Shown here: positions 1 through 8,776 of the stretch, in pieces
Numbering within the stretch: the stretch's first letter is position 1
Layout: each line of letters opens with the position of its first letter
From: Clostridia bacterium
GTDB lineage: Bacteria; Bacillota; Peptococcia; DRI-13; DTU073
Length of the DNA stretch: 46,632 bases
NCBI GenBank assembly: GCA_012841935.1
Contig: DUTS01000103.1
Coordinates: 1 to 46,632, forward strand
Reading direction: 5' to 3'
Position numbers and translations under genes: made by a program
Notes under the pieces: generated by a model
Told to the model about the DNA's origin: nothing
What the model saw: the letters and a program-made list of their open reading frames with translations, nothing else
Databases searched by the model: none

Positions 1-31
1 TTGCAAATTGCCCTATTGTATATTGCTTCAT
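1..31 (-). CDS. N-terminus (runs off window) of a MerR-like HTH protein, probably IS607-family serine transposase TnpA
   Basis: Minus strand AGGAGGTG RBS (39-46), then ATG at 31, reading MKQYTIGQFA. The YxIGxFA start is typical of MerR-like HTHs including IS607 TnpA. Only 10 codons are visible. Confidence 0.6.
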   Translation of the reverse strand, partial: MKQYTIGQFA

Positions 32-120
32 TGTTTGTCACCTCCTGCTAATAATATAACACAAAAGTTATAGTTTAGCAAGCGGGTTCTATAATATTTT
101 ATAGTTTCATGTCAACAGCC
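1..120 (-). mobile_element. Putative IS607-family left end
   Basis: 9-bp direct repeats TTATAGTTT at 68-76 and 99-107. Minus-strand promoter TTGCTA-17-TATATT. Abrupt transition to a G-rich flank (minus strand GGGGCGAGGGG|CTGTTGAC) around 118-122, consistent with IS607 GG crossover. Confidence 0.45.
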
Positions 121-321
121 CCTCGCCCCTTGTTTAAAATAATTATTTTTTTAAATAATGATGTACTAATTTGAAAAAGATATGTATATAGAGCAATTTT
201 AATAAGATGCTACACAGAATATGCTAACACATTTTATTTGGAAAGTAAATTTTGAACTATCACTAGGCTATCCCTATAGTTCCTAAGGAAGATTGAAGGG
301 CAATACTATTAATTTTTTTTA

Positions 322-390
322 ACTAGTAAGCCGCATTCGCTCGCTTCATTTTTGCAAGCATGGCTGTATGACATGCTTTGTTCACTAGTA
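322..390. repeat. 69-bp palindromic mini-element bounded by ACTAGTA direct repeats (REP/MITE-like)
   Basis: ACTAGTA at 322-328 and 384-390. Internal hairpins AAGCATG-N9-CATGCTT and AAGC..GC-ATTC-GC..GCTT. GC-richer than the AT-rich surroundings. Confidence 0.45.
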
Positions 391-467
391 TAGACGTTTT
401 ACCTCCTTTAATATATATAATATATACTAAATATTGTCAATAGTATACATTTTAGGAGGAATGTAAA

Positions 468-536
468 ATGGAATCTGATGATATTAAGACTTTGAATGTA
501 TTTCTAAGCATTACGGTTGGCAAATCTATAAAATAG
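468..536 (+). CDS. Possible 22-aa small ORF or gene remnant (MESDDIKTLNVFLSITVGKSIK)
   Basis: AGGAGG RBS at 454-459, ATG 468, TAG 534-536. No recognisable family. Confidence 0.25.
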   Translation: MESDDIKTLNVFLSITVGKSIK

Positions 537-686
537 TCAAAAAGGAGAATTTGAGCTTCATTAATGAAGTGATTTTATGTTAGAATTAAAAGTAGAGAAA
601 ATTTGTTTGCACATCTTGTAATTTGCCCCTTAAAAATTATTTAATACTCATTTTTTTTAAGAAATAAATAATAGGGATGAAAAATT

Positions 687-1142
687 ATGCGGATTCGTAA
701 TAAAAAAACAGAACGTGGTTTATGGGCAGCTGGAGAAAAAACAGTAGCAAAAAATAAGGCGGTTGCGGCTGCCCAGCATTCATTTAAAAATATTTTACAA
801 GAGGAAAGTTCACTTTATTGGCAGGAACGTTTACAGCTATTATTGGAGAATTTAGATCAGCTGGGTCAGCGATTATTAAAAACTTTTTCCATTGAGGATT
901 TATTAGTTTATAAACAATTACTTAGTAGTTTCCTAGATGAGGCTGTGGGGCAAATGTATGTTGTGAAAAAGGAAACTGGTTGGCTGCCATCTGGACGCCG
1001 TAAATTATATCAACGAGTGGAGCTATTGAATCAGGAAGTTGAAAAATTAACACAGTTAATTTTAGATGAACAAAAAGATTCAGTGCAATTAGTGGCTAAA
1101 TTAGATACTATCCGCGGTTTGTTGGTCGATTTGTATTCATGA
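687..1142 (+). CDS. yaaR: YaaR family protein (DUF327)
   Basis: C-terminal 'LDTIRGLLVDLYS' motif; position directly upstream of holB. Confidence 0.85.
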   Translation: MRIRNKKTERGLWAAGEKTVAKNKAVAAAQHSFKNILQEESSLYWQERLQLLLENLDQLGQRLLKTFSIEDLLVYKQLLSSFLDEAVGQMYVVKKETGWLPSGRRKLYQRVELLNQEVEKLTQLILDEQKDSVQLVAKLDTIRGLLVDLYS

Positions 1143-1157
1143 AGTAGGTGGTAAAAT

Positions 1158-2117
1158 TTGAGTTTTGCCGATATTTATGGTCAAAAAAGGGCTATTAATT
1201 TATTACAAGCTGATTTTAAACAGGGGCGAGTTGGCCATGCTTATTTATTTTATGGTCCGGCAGGTGTTGGCAAATGTAAAACCGCCGCGGTTTTCGCAAA
1301 GCTTTTAAACTGTGAGCAACCGAAAAATCTTGAGCCTTGTGGTTTTTGTACGGCTTGTCGTAAGTTTTCTACTGGTAATTTCCCGGATCTTGCTATTGTA
1401 GAACCAGTTGGTCAATCCCTTAAAATCGAACAAATACGTGCACTTCAAGAAAAAATTTATTTAAAATCGTATGAGGGGAAATATAAGGTTATAATTATTA
1501 AAGAGGCGGACTTAATGACTAATCAGGCAGCCAATAGTCTGCTTAAGATTTTGGAAGAACCACCGCAAAAAACTGTTTTTATTTTATTGGTTTCTGATTT
1601 AAGTAAATTACCGGTTACCATTTGTTCTCGCTGTCAATTATTAGCATTCACTTATCTTTCTGATGAGATTTTAAGTAAGCTTCTTCAGGAAAAAGGTGAA
1701 AGGTCAGCTGCAGTTTTATTGTTGGCACAAGGTTCAGTAACTAAGGCTAGACAAATAATGCAAGCTGATTTTGGGGATAAAATAGAGAAAAGGTTTGAAG
1801 TTTTACAAAAAAAAGGCTATTGGGAATGGCTGCTTTGGGCTAAGGAATTGGCCGAGGATGAGAATTTAAGTGAATTTATGTTGGAATGGTTATTGATTGT
1901 TTATCATCAGAGATTGCTTGAACTTACGGTGGAAGAAAGGGAATTAGGCAAAATTAGTCAGGCTGTGGTTAAAGGCTGTTTTAAGGCCTTAGAAGAAATT
2001 AATCAAACTATATTTTATTTGCGTAATAAAGGAAATCGTCGTTTGGCTTGGGAAGTGCTGTTTTTAAAATTAAGTAAAATTGAGCAAAGTGAAGGGGGGG
2101 TAGCCCTTTATGGTTGA
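1158..2117 (+). CDS. holB: DNA polymerase III subunit delta'
   Basis: HAYLFYGPAGVGK, Cys4 zinc motif (CEQ..PCGFCTAC), AANSLLKILEEPP, TICSRCQ. Confidence 0.95.
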   Translation: MSFADIYGQKRAINLLQADFKQGRVGHAYLFYGPAGVGKCKTAAVFAKLLNCEQPKNLEPCGFCTACRKFSTGNFPDLAIVEPVGQSLKIEQIRALQEKIYLKSYEGKYKVIIIKEADLMTNQAANSLLKILEEPPQKTVFILLVSDLSKLPVTICSRCQLLAFTYLSDEILSKLLQEKGERSAAVLLLAQGSVTKARQIMQADFGDKIEKRFEVLQKKGYWEWLLWAKELAEDENLSEFMLEWLLIVYHQRLLELTVEERELGKISQAVVKGCFKALEEINQTIFYLRNKGNRRLAWEVLFLKLSKIEQSEGGVALYG

Positions 2118-2778
2118 AGTAGTAGGAGTAAGGTTTCGACCTGTAGGGAAAATTTATTATTTTGATCCAATCGATTTTGTATTACCTAAGGGTACACCGG
2201 TAATTGTGGAAACAGTTCGTGGTGCGGAATTAGGGGAAGTGATTATAGAGAAACGCAGTGTCCTGACAGAGGATGTTATTTTGCCGTTAAAAAAGGTGCT
2301 TAGAATTGCTACCGAAAAGGACTTGCAGGACCTTGAGGAAAATCGGGCCAAAGAAGATTGGGCTGCTGAAATTTGTTTGGAAAAAATTAAAAAACATGGT
2401 CTACCAATGCACCTAGTGGATGTCGAGTATAGTTTCGATGCCAGTAAAATAGTTTTTTATTTTACGGCAGACGGACGCGTAGATTTTAGGGAATTAGTCA
2501 AAGATTTAGCCTCTGTATTTCGAACCCGTATTGAACTTCGGCAAATTGGGGTCCGGGATGAAGCTAAATTTTTAGGAGGGCTTGGTTCCTGTGGTCGAGA
2601 ATTATGTTGTGCTACTTTTTTAGGTGATTTTGAACCAGTTTCTATTAGAATGGCCAAGGAGCAAAACTTATCATTAAATCCTTCCAAAATATCGGGAATT
2701 TGTGGTCGATTGATGTGTTGTTTAAATTATGAAAAGGTCTGTTATCAGGCTAAAGGAGAAACTGAAGAATCTAGTTAA
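2110..2778 (+). CDS. ricT: Stage 0 sporulation protein YaaT/RicT (PSP1 domain)
   Basis: FTADGRVDFRELVKDLA, RIELRQIGVRDEAK, CGRELCC, KISGICGRLMCCL. Confidence 0.95.
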   Translation: MVEVVGVRFRPVGKIYYFDPIDFVLPKGTPVIVETVRGAELGEVIIEKRSVLTEDVILPLKKVLRIATEKDLQDLEENRAKEDWAAEICLEKIKKHGLPMHLVDVEYSFDASKIVFYFTADGRVDFRELVKDLASVFRTRIELRQIGVRDEAKFLGGLGSCGRELCCATFLGDFEPVSIRMAKEQNLSLNPSKISGICGRLMCCLNYEKVCYQAKGETEESS

Positions 2779-2799
2779 TTAGGAAGAGGTTGTTGTCAG

Positions 2800-3105
2800 A
2801 TGAAATTAACGGAACGTTTAATTGAATTAGAAGAAAAACAGCAGGCTTTATTAGCTGAAGTAACTGCCTTAAAAATGTTAGCTTTTACTTTAGAAGAAGA
2901 AAATGAACGTTTGAGACGTTTGTTATGTAGTTATACTGATGAGGATAAAGCAGCTGTGGAAAAAAATGTGGCTAAAATTCAGGGCCAAGGTTATGATAAC
3001 CTGCTTAAATTATATGAAGAGGGTTTTCATATTTGCCATCTGCATTTTGGGCAGGCCCGTCAAGAGGATTGTCTATTTTGTGTTGGTTTTTTACGTAAAT
3101 TATAA
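2800..3105 (+). CDS. yabA: Replication initiation control protein YabA
   Basis: Coiled coil plus [17 protein letters not shown] zinc-binding C-terminus; synteny. Confidence 0.92.
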   Translation: MKLTERLIELEEKQQALLAEVTALKMLAFTLEEENERLRRLLCSYTDEDKAAVEKNVAKIQGQGYDNLLKLYEEGFHICHLHFGQARQEDCLFCVGFLRKL

Positions 3106-3117
3106 GGAGCGGTTGTT

Positions 3118-3972
3118 TTGGGAAAAAATAAAAAGGGTACCTTATTTTTGGTAGGTACACCTATCGGGAATTTACAAGATATAACCTTACGGGCTTTAGA
3201 AACATTACGAAAGGTTGCTTTAATTGCTGCTGAGGATACACGGCATACTCAAAAATTATTAAATCATTTTCAAATTAAAAAACCACTGACTAGTTATCAT
3301 GAACATAATAAAAATAGTAAAGGTCCCTATTTAATTGAAAAATTAAAATCCGGAATTGAACTTGCCTTGGTTTCAGACGCGGGTTTGCCGGGTATTTCCG
3401 ATCCAGGTGAGGAATTAGTAAAATTATGTGTGCAAAATGAAATCCCGGTGATGGTTATCCCTGGTCCCACAGCCTGCCTTACGGCTTTAGTAGCTTCGGG
3501 TTTGGATTGTGGTAGTTTTGTTTTTCTGGGATTTTTACCAGTACAAAAAAAAGCAAAAGAAGAATTGCTCCAAGAACTAAAATGGGAAAAACGCACTCTT
3601 ATTTTTTATATTGCTCCACATCATTTGTTAGCTACTTTAAAAACCCTAAAGGAATTTTTCGGGGAACGTAGGTGTTGTTTAGGTAGAGAATTGACCAAAA
3701 AATTTGAGGAATATCAATCTGGTTTTTTTGCTGATTTAATTAATTATTGGGAAAAACGTCCTCCCAGAGGGGAATTTACATTAATAGTTTCCGGGAGGGA
3801 AAATGTTTCTACACAGGAAATTACTCCTCAGGAAATTTGGGCAGTTTATTTGTTTTTTCGCCGTGAGGGGCTAAATCAAAAAGAAGCCTTACGGGAGGCC
3901 GCAAAGCTTCTAGGGGTTGCTAAACGTGAAATCTATAGGCTTGTTCATCAAAACAAAAATGGGGCTAAATAA
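3118..3972 (+). CDS. rsmI: 16S rRNA (cytidine1402-2'-O)-methyltransferase
   Basis: VGTPIGNLQDIT, AAEDTRHT, SDAGLPGISDPG, RELTKKFEE. Confidence 0.95.
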   Translation: MGKNKKGTLFLVGTPIGNLQDITLRALETLRKVALIAAEDTRHTQKLLNHFQIKKPLTSYHEHNKNSKGPYLIEKLKSGIELALVSDAGLPGISDPGEELVKLCVQNEIPVMVIPGPTACLTALVASGLDCGSFVFLGFLPVQKKAKEELLQELKWEKRTLIFYIAPHHLLATLKTLKEFFGERRCCLGRELTKKFEEYQSGFFADLINYWEKRPPRGEFTLIVSGRENVSTQEITPQEIWAVYLFFRREGLNQKEALREAAKLLGVAKREIYRLVHQNKNGAK

Positions 3973-3990
3973 GCCCCCATTATGTATTAA

Positions 3991-4236
3991 TTATGCATTG
4001 GCAGACATGGCTTGTGCACATTCTTGGCAAACTAATTTGCCGCGGAAATATTGCACATTATCGGCACTACCACAAAAGACACAAGCTGGTTCATATTTTT
4101 TGAGAATAATTTTTTCTCGATCAACATAAATCTCCAGAGCGTCTTTTTCTTCGATACCTAAGGTTCGTCTTAATTCAATGGGAATGACAATACGTCCTAA
4201 TTCATCTACTTTTCTTACGATACCAGTTGACCGCAT
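3991..4236 (-). CDS. abrB: Transition-state regulator AbrB
   Basis: MRSTGIVRKVDELGRIVIPIELRR, clostridial C-terminal CVFC..CQEC; AAGGAG RBS upstream of ATG at 4236. Confidence 0.95.
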   Translation of the reverse strand: MRSTGIVRKVDELGRIVIPIELRRTLGIEEKDALEIYVDREKIILKKYEPACVFCGSADNVQYFRGKLVCQECAQAMSANA

Positions 4237-4252
4237 CTCAGCATCTCCTTTC

Positions 4253-4269
4253 TTCGTCAAAATTCGACA
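4253..4269 (-). promoter_or_regulatory. Tandem Spo0A boxes upstream of abrB
   Basis: Minus strand TGTCGAA-ttt-TGACGAA, two TGNCGAA matches downstream of the abrB promoter, as in Bacillus abrB. Confidence 0.85.
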
Positions 4270-4284
4270 ATTGCACTCAGCTAA

Positions 4285-4313
4285 ATGATAACAATTATGC
4301 CATTAAAAGTCAA
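4285..4313 (-). promoter_or_regulatory. SigA promoter of abrB
   Basis: TTGACT-17-TATCAT with extended -10 TG. Confidence 0.7.
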
Positions 4314-4369
4314 TGCTAAATATATTTTTTATTAATAATTTTGAGATTACCTCTTTTCTTTTGGGCTGC

Positions 4370-4399
4370 TTGACAAGCCCTGAAAAGGTTGCTTATACT
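4370..4399 (+). promoter_or_regulatory. SigA promoter of metG operon
   Basis: TTGACA-18-TATACT. Confidence 0.65.
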
Positions 4400-4434
4400 G
4401 TTTGTAAAATAGTGGATGAGGAAGTGCTATTAAA

Positions 4435-6321
4435 ATGGAAAAAGAAACATTTTATCTTACTACCCCAATTTATTATCCAAGTGCAGATTTACATATTGGT
4501 CATGCTTTAACAACTGTAATGGCCGATGCCTTGGTACGTTTCAAACGTTTACAAGGTTTTTCGACATATTTTTTAACTGGTTCAGATGAACATGGTTTAA
4601 AAATTGAGCAAAGTGCACGTGAAGCTGGAGAAGAACCACAGGAATATGTGGATAAAATTGTGGCTGGTTTTAAGGATTTATGGGAAAAATTAATGATTTC
4701 CTATGATGATTTTATTCGTACCACAGAAAAAAGACACCATCAGGTAGTACAAGCTTTATTTCGCAAAATATATGAACAAGGGGATATTTATCTTTCTACT
4801 TATGAAGGTTGGTATTGTACTCCTTGTGAAACCTTTTTTACACAAAGACAATTGCTTGCAGGCAATTTATGTCCAGATTGTCAGCGAGAAGTGGAATTAA
4901 TCAAAGAAGAGGCCTATTTTTTTAGGATGTCAAAATATGCTCAGCCTTTATTGGAGCATATCCGTGAAAACCCTGAATTTATTCAGCCCATCTCGCGGCG
5001 TAAGGAGATGATTAATTTTATTACTAGTGGGTTGGAGGATTTATGTGTTTCGCGGACAACTTTTCAATGGGGTATACCGGTGCCCTTTAATCAAAAACAC
5101 GTTATTTATGTTTGGTTTGACGCTTTAGTAAATTATATTAGTGCTTTAGGTTATAGCACTCGCGAAGATGAATTATTTCAAAAATACTGGCCAGCTGATT
5201 TGCATTTGGTAGGTAAAGATATTGTTCGATTTCATACTGTGATTTGGCCCACGATTTTGTTGGCAGCTGGTTTGCCTTTGCCGCGGCAAGTTTTTGGACA
5301 TGGTTGGTTATTATTGGATTCTGGGAAAATATCAAAATCAAAAGGGAATGTTGTTGATCCACTAGTTTTAATTGAAAAATATGGTGCAGATGCTGTCCGT
5401 TATTTTTTGTTACGTGAAATGCCTTATGGCTCAGATGGTTATTATGATGAGGCAAATTTAAGGCGAAGATTTAATACTGATTTGGCTAATGATTTTGGAA
5501 ATCTTGTTTCTCGGAGTATTGTTATGGTTGAAAAATATTTTGACGGTAAAATACCTATTCCTCAAGAACAGGATCTACTTGAACAGGAATTAGTGACCTT
5601 GGCTGCCCAAGTTACTAAAGAAGTAGCCCAATATTTTGATCGTTTGGATTTTGCTCGGGCTCTGGAACGGGTTAGTGATTTGGTAAAACGGGCTAATAAA
5701 TATATTGATGAAACTGAACCTTGGGCTTTGGCAAAAATGGAGAATAAAAAAGGTAAATTAGCTACAGTTTTGTATCATTTAGTAGAGGTGATTCGGCTGG
5801 TCAGCGTGCTTTTATCCCCGGTAATGCCGGCTTTGCCAGGGAAGGTTTTTGCACAACTTGGTTGGGAAGAACAGCCAGAACTTACGTGGGAAGATACCCA
5901 TTGGGGTAAAATTACGCCTGGGCAAAAAGTAGTAAGGGGCAAACCCCTTTTTCCGCGTTTGGAAATGAAACAGGAGAAGAAGGTTGAGAAATCTGTGCCG
6001 GAAATTAGTTTTCAGGAATTTGAAAAAATTGATTTGCGTGTAGCTGAAGTGATTACCTGCGAAAAAATAGAAAAAGCGGATAAGCTTTTGAAATTAACGG
6101 TAAAAATTGGTGAAAAAATAAAAACTATTGTTTCGGGAATTGCCCAAAACTATCAGCCTGAAGAATTAGTAGGTAGAAAGATTATTGTGGTTACTAATTT
6201 AAAACCGGTTAAATTGCGTGGGGTTTTATCGGAAGGAATGCTTTTGACAGCCTCCAATAAAGGGCGTTTGGAAGTATTAACCGTTTCGGAAGACTTTCCC
6301 GCGGGAAGTGAGGTTAATTAA
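4435..6321 (+). CDS. metG: Methionine--tRNA ligase with C-terminal tRNA-binding domain
   Basis: HIGH motif, KISKS (KMSKS), YVWFDAL, zinc knuckle, C-terminal DLRVAEV..SEGM domain. Confidence 0.97.
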   Translation: MEKETFYLTTPIYYPSADLHIGHALTTVMADALVRFKRLQGFSTYFLTGSDEHGLKIEQSAREAGEEPQEYVDKIVAGFKDLWEKLMISYDDFIRTTEKRHHQVVQALFRKIYEQGDIYLSTYEGWYCTPCETFFTQRQLLAGNLCPDCQREVELIKEEAYFFRMSKYAQPLLEHIRENPEFIQPISRRKEMINFITSGLEDLCVSRTTFQWGIPVPFNQKHVIYVWFDALVNYISALGYSTREDELFQKYWPADLHLVGKDIVRFHTVIWPTILLAAGLPLPRQVFGHGWLLLDSGKISKSKGNVVDPLVLIEKYGADAVRYFLLREMPYGSDGYYDEANLRRRFNTDLANDFGNLVSRSIVMVEKYFDGKIPIPQEQDLLEQELVTLAAQVTKEVAQYFDRLDFARALERVSDLVKRANKYIDETEPWALAKMENKKGKLATVLYHLVEVIRLVSVLLSPVMPALPGKVFAQLGWEEQPELTWEDTHWGKITPGQKVVRGKPLFPRLEMKQEKKVEKSVPEISFQEFEKIDLRVAEVITCEKIEKADKLLKLTVKIGEKIKTIVSGIAQNYQPEELVGRKIIVVTNLKPVKLRGVLSEGMLLTASNKGRLEVLTVSEDFPAGSEVN

Positions 6322-6325
6322 CTTA

Positions 6326-7102
6326 ATGTATTTTGATACTCATGCACATTTAGATGATTCGCGTTTTAAAAATGATCAGCAGGAAGTAATTGAGCGGGCC
6401 AAAACTTCTGGTGTTAATTTAATTATGAATATTGGCTGTAGTGAACCTTCTACGTGGTATAATCAAGCCTTGATTGCAAAATATGATTTTATTTATGCGG
6501 CGGTGGGTTTACATCCTCACGATGCACGTAATTATAATCAAGAAACTGCCGCTCAATTATTTGAATTAGCCCAAAGACCGCGTGTGCGGGCTATTGGTGA
6601 AGTAGGTTTGGATTATCATTATGATTTTTCACCACGCCCCCAACAGCAAAAGGTTTTTCGGGAAATGATTTCACTGGCTCGGGAATTGGGATTACCGTTA
6701 ATCATTCACTGCCGCCAAGCCCATCAGGACCTTTTGCAAATTCTTAAAAAAGAAAAAGGTAATCAGGTGGGTGGTGTTTTTCATTGTTATTCGGGCAGTT
6801 GGCCTTTGGCACAGGAAATAATTAAATTAGGTTTTAAGATTGCTTTAGGTGGTGTGGTTACTTTTCATAATGCCCGTAAGGCCGTGGAGGTGGCCCGTGA
6901 AATACCTTTGGAGCATTTATTATTGGAAACTGATTGTCCTTATTTAACTCCAGAGCCATATCGCGGCCAAAGGAATGAACCAGCTTATTTGGTTCAAGTT
7001 GCTAAAAAAATAGCCGCAATTAAAGGAATTACTGTGGCTGAAGTAGCTGAGGCTACGCGAATTAATGGAATGAGGCTGTTTGATATTGAAAAAACTACTT
7101 AA
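6326..7102 (+). CDS. tatD: TatD family hydrolase
   Basis: DTHAHL, GLHPH, IGEVGLDY, LETDCPYL; start adjusted to ATG 6326. Confidence 0.95.
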   Translation: MYFDTHAHLDDSRFKNDQQEVIERAKTSGVNLIMNIGCSEPSTWYNQALIAKYDFIYAAVGLHPHDARNYNQETAAQLFELAQRPRVRAIGEVGLDYHYDFSPRPQQQKVFREMISLARELGLPLIIHCRQAHQDLLQILKKEKGNQVGGVFHCYSGSWPLAQEIIKLGFKIALGGVVTFHNARKAVEVAREIPLEHLLLETDCPYLTPEPYRGQRNEPAYLVQVAKKIAAIKGITVAEVAEATRINGMRLFDIEKTT

Positions 7103-7913
7103 AAAACACAATTTTTATTATAAAAAAAAATGGGGTCAAAATTTTATTTTTGACTCCAATTTATTAGCCAAGATTGCTCGGGCTGCGGCAATAGTGCCTG
7201 GTGATAAGGTGATGGAAATTGGTGCTGGTATTGGTACCTTAACCCGAGAATTATTGACCAGTGGGGCCGAGGTTATCGCTATTGAAATTGATCCAGCTTT
7301 ATGTGTTCTTTTGGAAAAACTTATGGTAGATGAAGCGGTCGTGCTTATTCAAGGTGATGTTTTAAAATTAAATTTAACGGAATTGGCTGCTTGTTATGGT
7401 TGGCAGGGTGATTACAAGGTAGTAGCCAATTTGCCTTATTATCTTACCACTCCTTTGTTAATTAAATTATTGGAAGAGGCCATTAATAGTCAAATTATGG
7501 TTTTAATGATGCAAAAAGAGGTAGCCGCTAGGTTAAAGGCTAAACCCGGTACTAAGGCTTATGGGGCTCTTACTTTAAAGGTTCAGTATCATGCTTGTGT
7601 GGAAATTCTTTTTACTGTTCCCCGAGATGTTTTTCAACCAGTACCGCGGGTAGATTCCTGTTTGGTACATCTAAGGCGTAGGAAAAAACCGCCTGTTGAG
7701 GTAAGGGATGAACAGCTTCTTTTTAAAATTGTTAAAGCGGCCTTTGGTCAGCGGCGTAAAATATTACTTAATTCACTGTTAACTGTTGAACCTACTTTAA
7801 CTAAACCAAGATTGCACGACATATTATTAAAAGCCGCGATAAATCCTTCTCAAAGGGGGGAGGAATTGAGCCTGGAGCAATTTGCCGCTTTGGCAAATTG
7901 TTGGCAGGTATAA
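7080..7913 (+). CDS. rsmA: 16S rRNA adenine dimethyltransferase RsmA/KsgA
   Basis: GQNF, EIGAGIG, VANLPYY, AFGQRRK. Confidence 0.95.
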   Translation: MILKKLLKKHNFYYKKKWGQNFIFDSNLLAKIARAAAIVPGDKVMEIGAGIGTLTRELLTSGAEVIAIEIDPALCVLLEKLMVDEAVVLIQGDVLKLNLTELAACYGWQGDYKVVANLPYYLTTPLLIKLLEEAINSQIMVLMMQKEVAARLKAKPGTKAYGALTLKVQYHACVEILFTVPRDVFQPVPRVDSCLVHLRRRKKPPVEVRDEQLLFKIVKAAFGQRRKILLNSLLTVEPTLTKPRLHDILLKAAINPSQRGEELSLEQFAALANCWQV

Positions 7914-7923
7914 AAAAAGGAAA

Positions 7924-7954
7924 AACAGGGTACACTTACCCTGTTACTTTTTTT
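7924..7954 (+). terminator. Intrinsic terminator after rsmA
   Basis: AACAGGGTA-CACT-TACCCTGTT followed by T7. Confidence 0.75.
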
Positions 7955-8060
7955 GGGTTTTTTTACTACTAGAACCCATTAGGGGAACGATTTATAATAA
8001 CGGTGCGGCTGACAACTTACTACAAAAAAATGTATTTAAGTTGCCGGAGGAGGCGAAATA

Positions 8061-8663
8061 ATGAGTCGAAAATGTTGGTTAGTAGGTTTATGTTTGTTGT
8101 TGTTTTTAGTAGCTTGGCCTTTACAGGCGGCAGTAACTCATCAGGTACAAAAGGGGGATACATTATATAAGTTAAGTCGTCATTATGGGGTTTCCCTTGC
8201 AGAACTAAAGAGTGCCAATGGTTTAAAATCAGATTTAATATTCATTGGACAAGTATTAAGAATTCCCACTAAGGGGGGGATTCGAGTATCACGTGCTGGT
8301 AGAGTGTTTACTCAGGAGGATATTGATTGGCTGGCCCGCGTAGTTTATAGTGAGGCACGTGGGGAACCTTATGCTGGTCAGGTAGCGGTTGCTGCTGTTG
8401 TACTTAATCGTGTCTTTGATTCGGGATTTCCCAATACTGTTTGGGGTGTTATTTTTCAACCTTTGGCTTTTACCGCAGTTGCTGATGGTCAGATTAATTT
8501 AACACCAAATGCTACTGCTTATAAAGCTGCACGTGAGGCCTTAGTCGGGGTTGATCCCTCTGGGGGTGCCTTATATTATTGGAATCCGGTTAAAGCCACT
8601 AGTAAGTGGATTTGGTCGCGAACAATAATTAACAGAATCGGTAATCATGTTTTTGGGATTTGA
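8061..8663 (+). CDS. Secreted LysM + Hydrolase_2 (SleB/CwlJ-like) cell wall hydrolase
   Basis: Signal peptide, LysM (HQVQKGDTL..IGQVLRIP), LARVVYSEARGEPYAGQVAVAAVVLNR, IGNHVF. Confidence 0.9.
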   Translation: MSRKCWLVGLCLLLFLVAWPLQAAVTHQVQKGDTLYKLSRHYGVSLAELKSANGLKSDLIFIGQVLRIPTKGGIRVSRAGRVFTQEDIDWLARVVYSEARGEPYAGQVAVAAVVLNRVFDSGFPNTVWGVIFQPLAFTAVADGQINLTPNATAYKAAREALVGVDPSGGALYYWNPVKATSKWIWSRTIINRIGNHVFGI

Positions 8664-8678
8664 AATTATTTTAGCTGT

Positions 8679-8719
8679 AAAGCTCCCATTTCCTTGTTGT
8701 GGGGAAATGGGAGCTTTTT
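8679..8719 (+). terminator. Intrinsic terminator
   Basis: AAAGCTCCCATTTCC / GGAAATGGGAGCTTT 15-bp stem plus T tract. Confidence 0.85.
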
Positions 8720-8776
8720 AATGGGGCTGGACTTAAAGGTTAATTTCCAGTATTCTTTTTACCAGGGGTGGTTGTA

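Noticed and set aside
4313..4434. T-box or SAM riboswitch upstream of metG
   Set aside because: The promoter lies only ~35 bp from the start codon, leaving no room, and no T-box/S-box motifs are present.
7122..7130. Poly-A tracts in rsmA, holB and yabG as phase-variation sites
   Set aside because: A8-A9 runs are expected from Lys codons in an AT-rich genome; the frames are intact housekeeping or sporulation genes.
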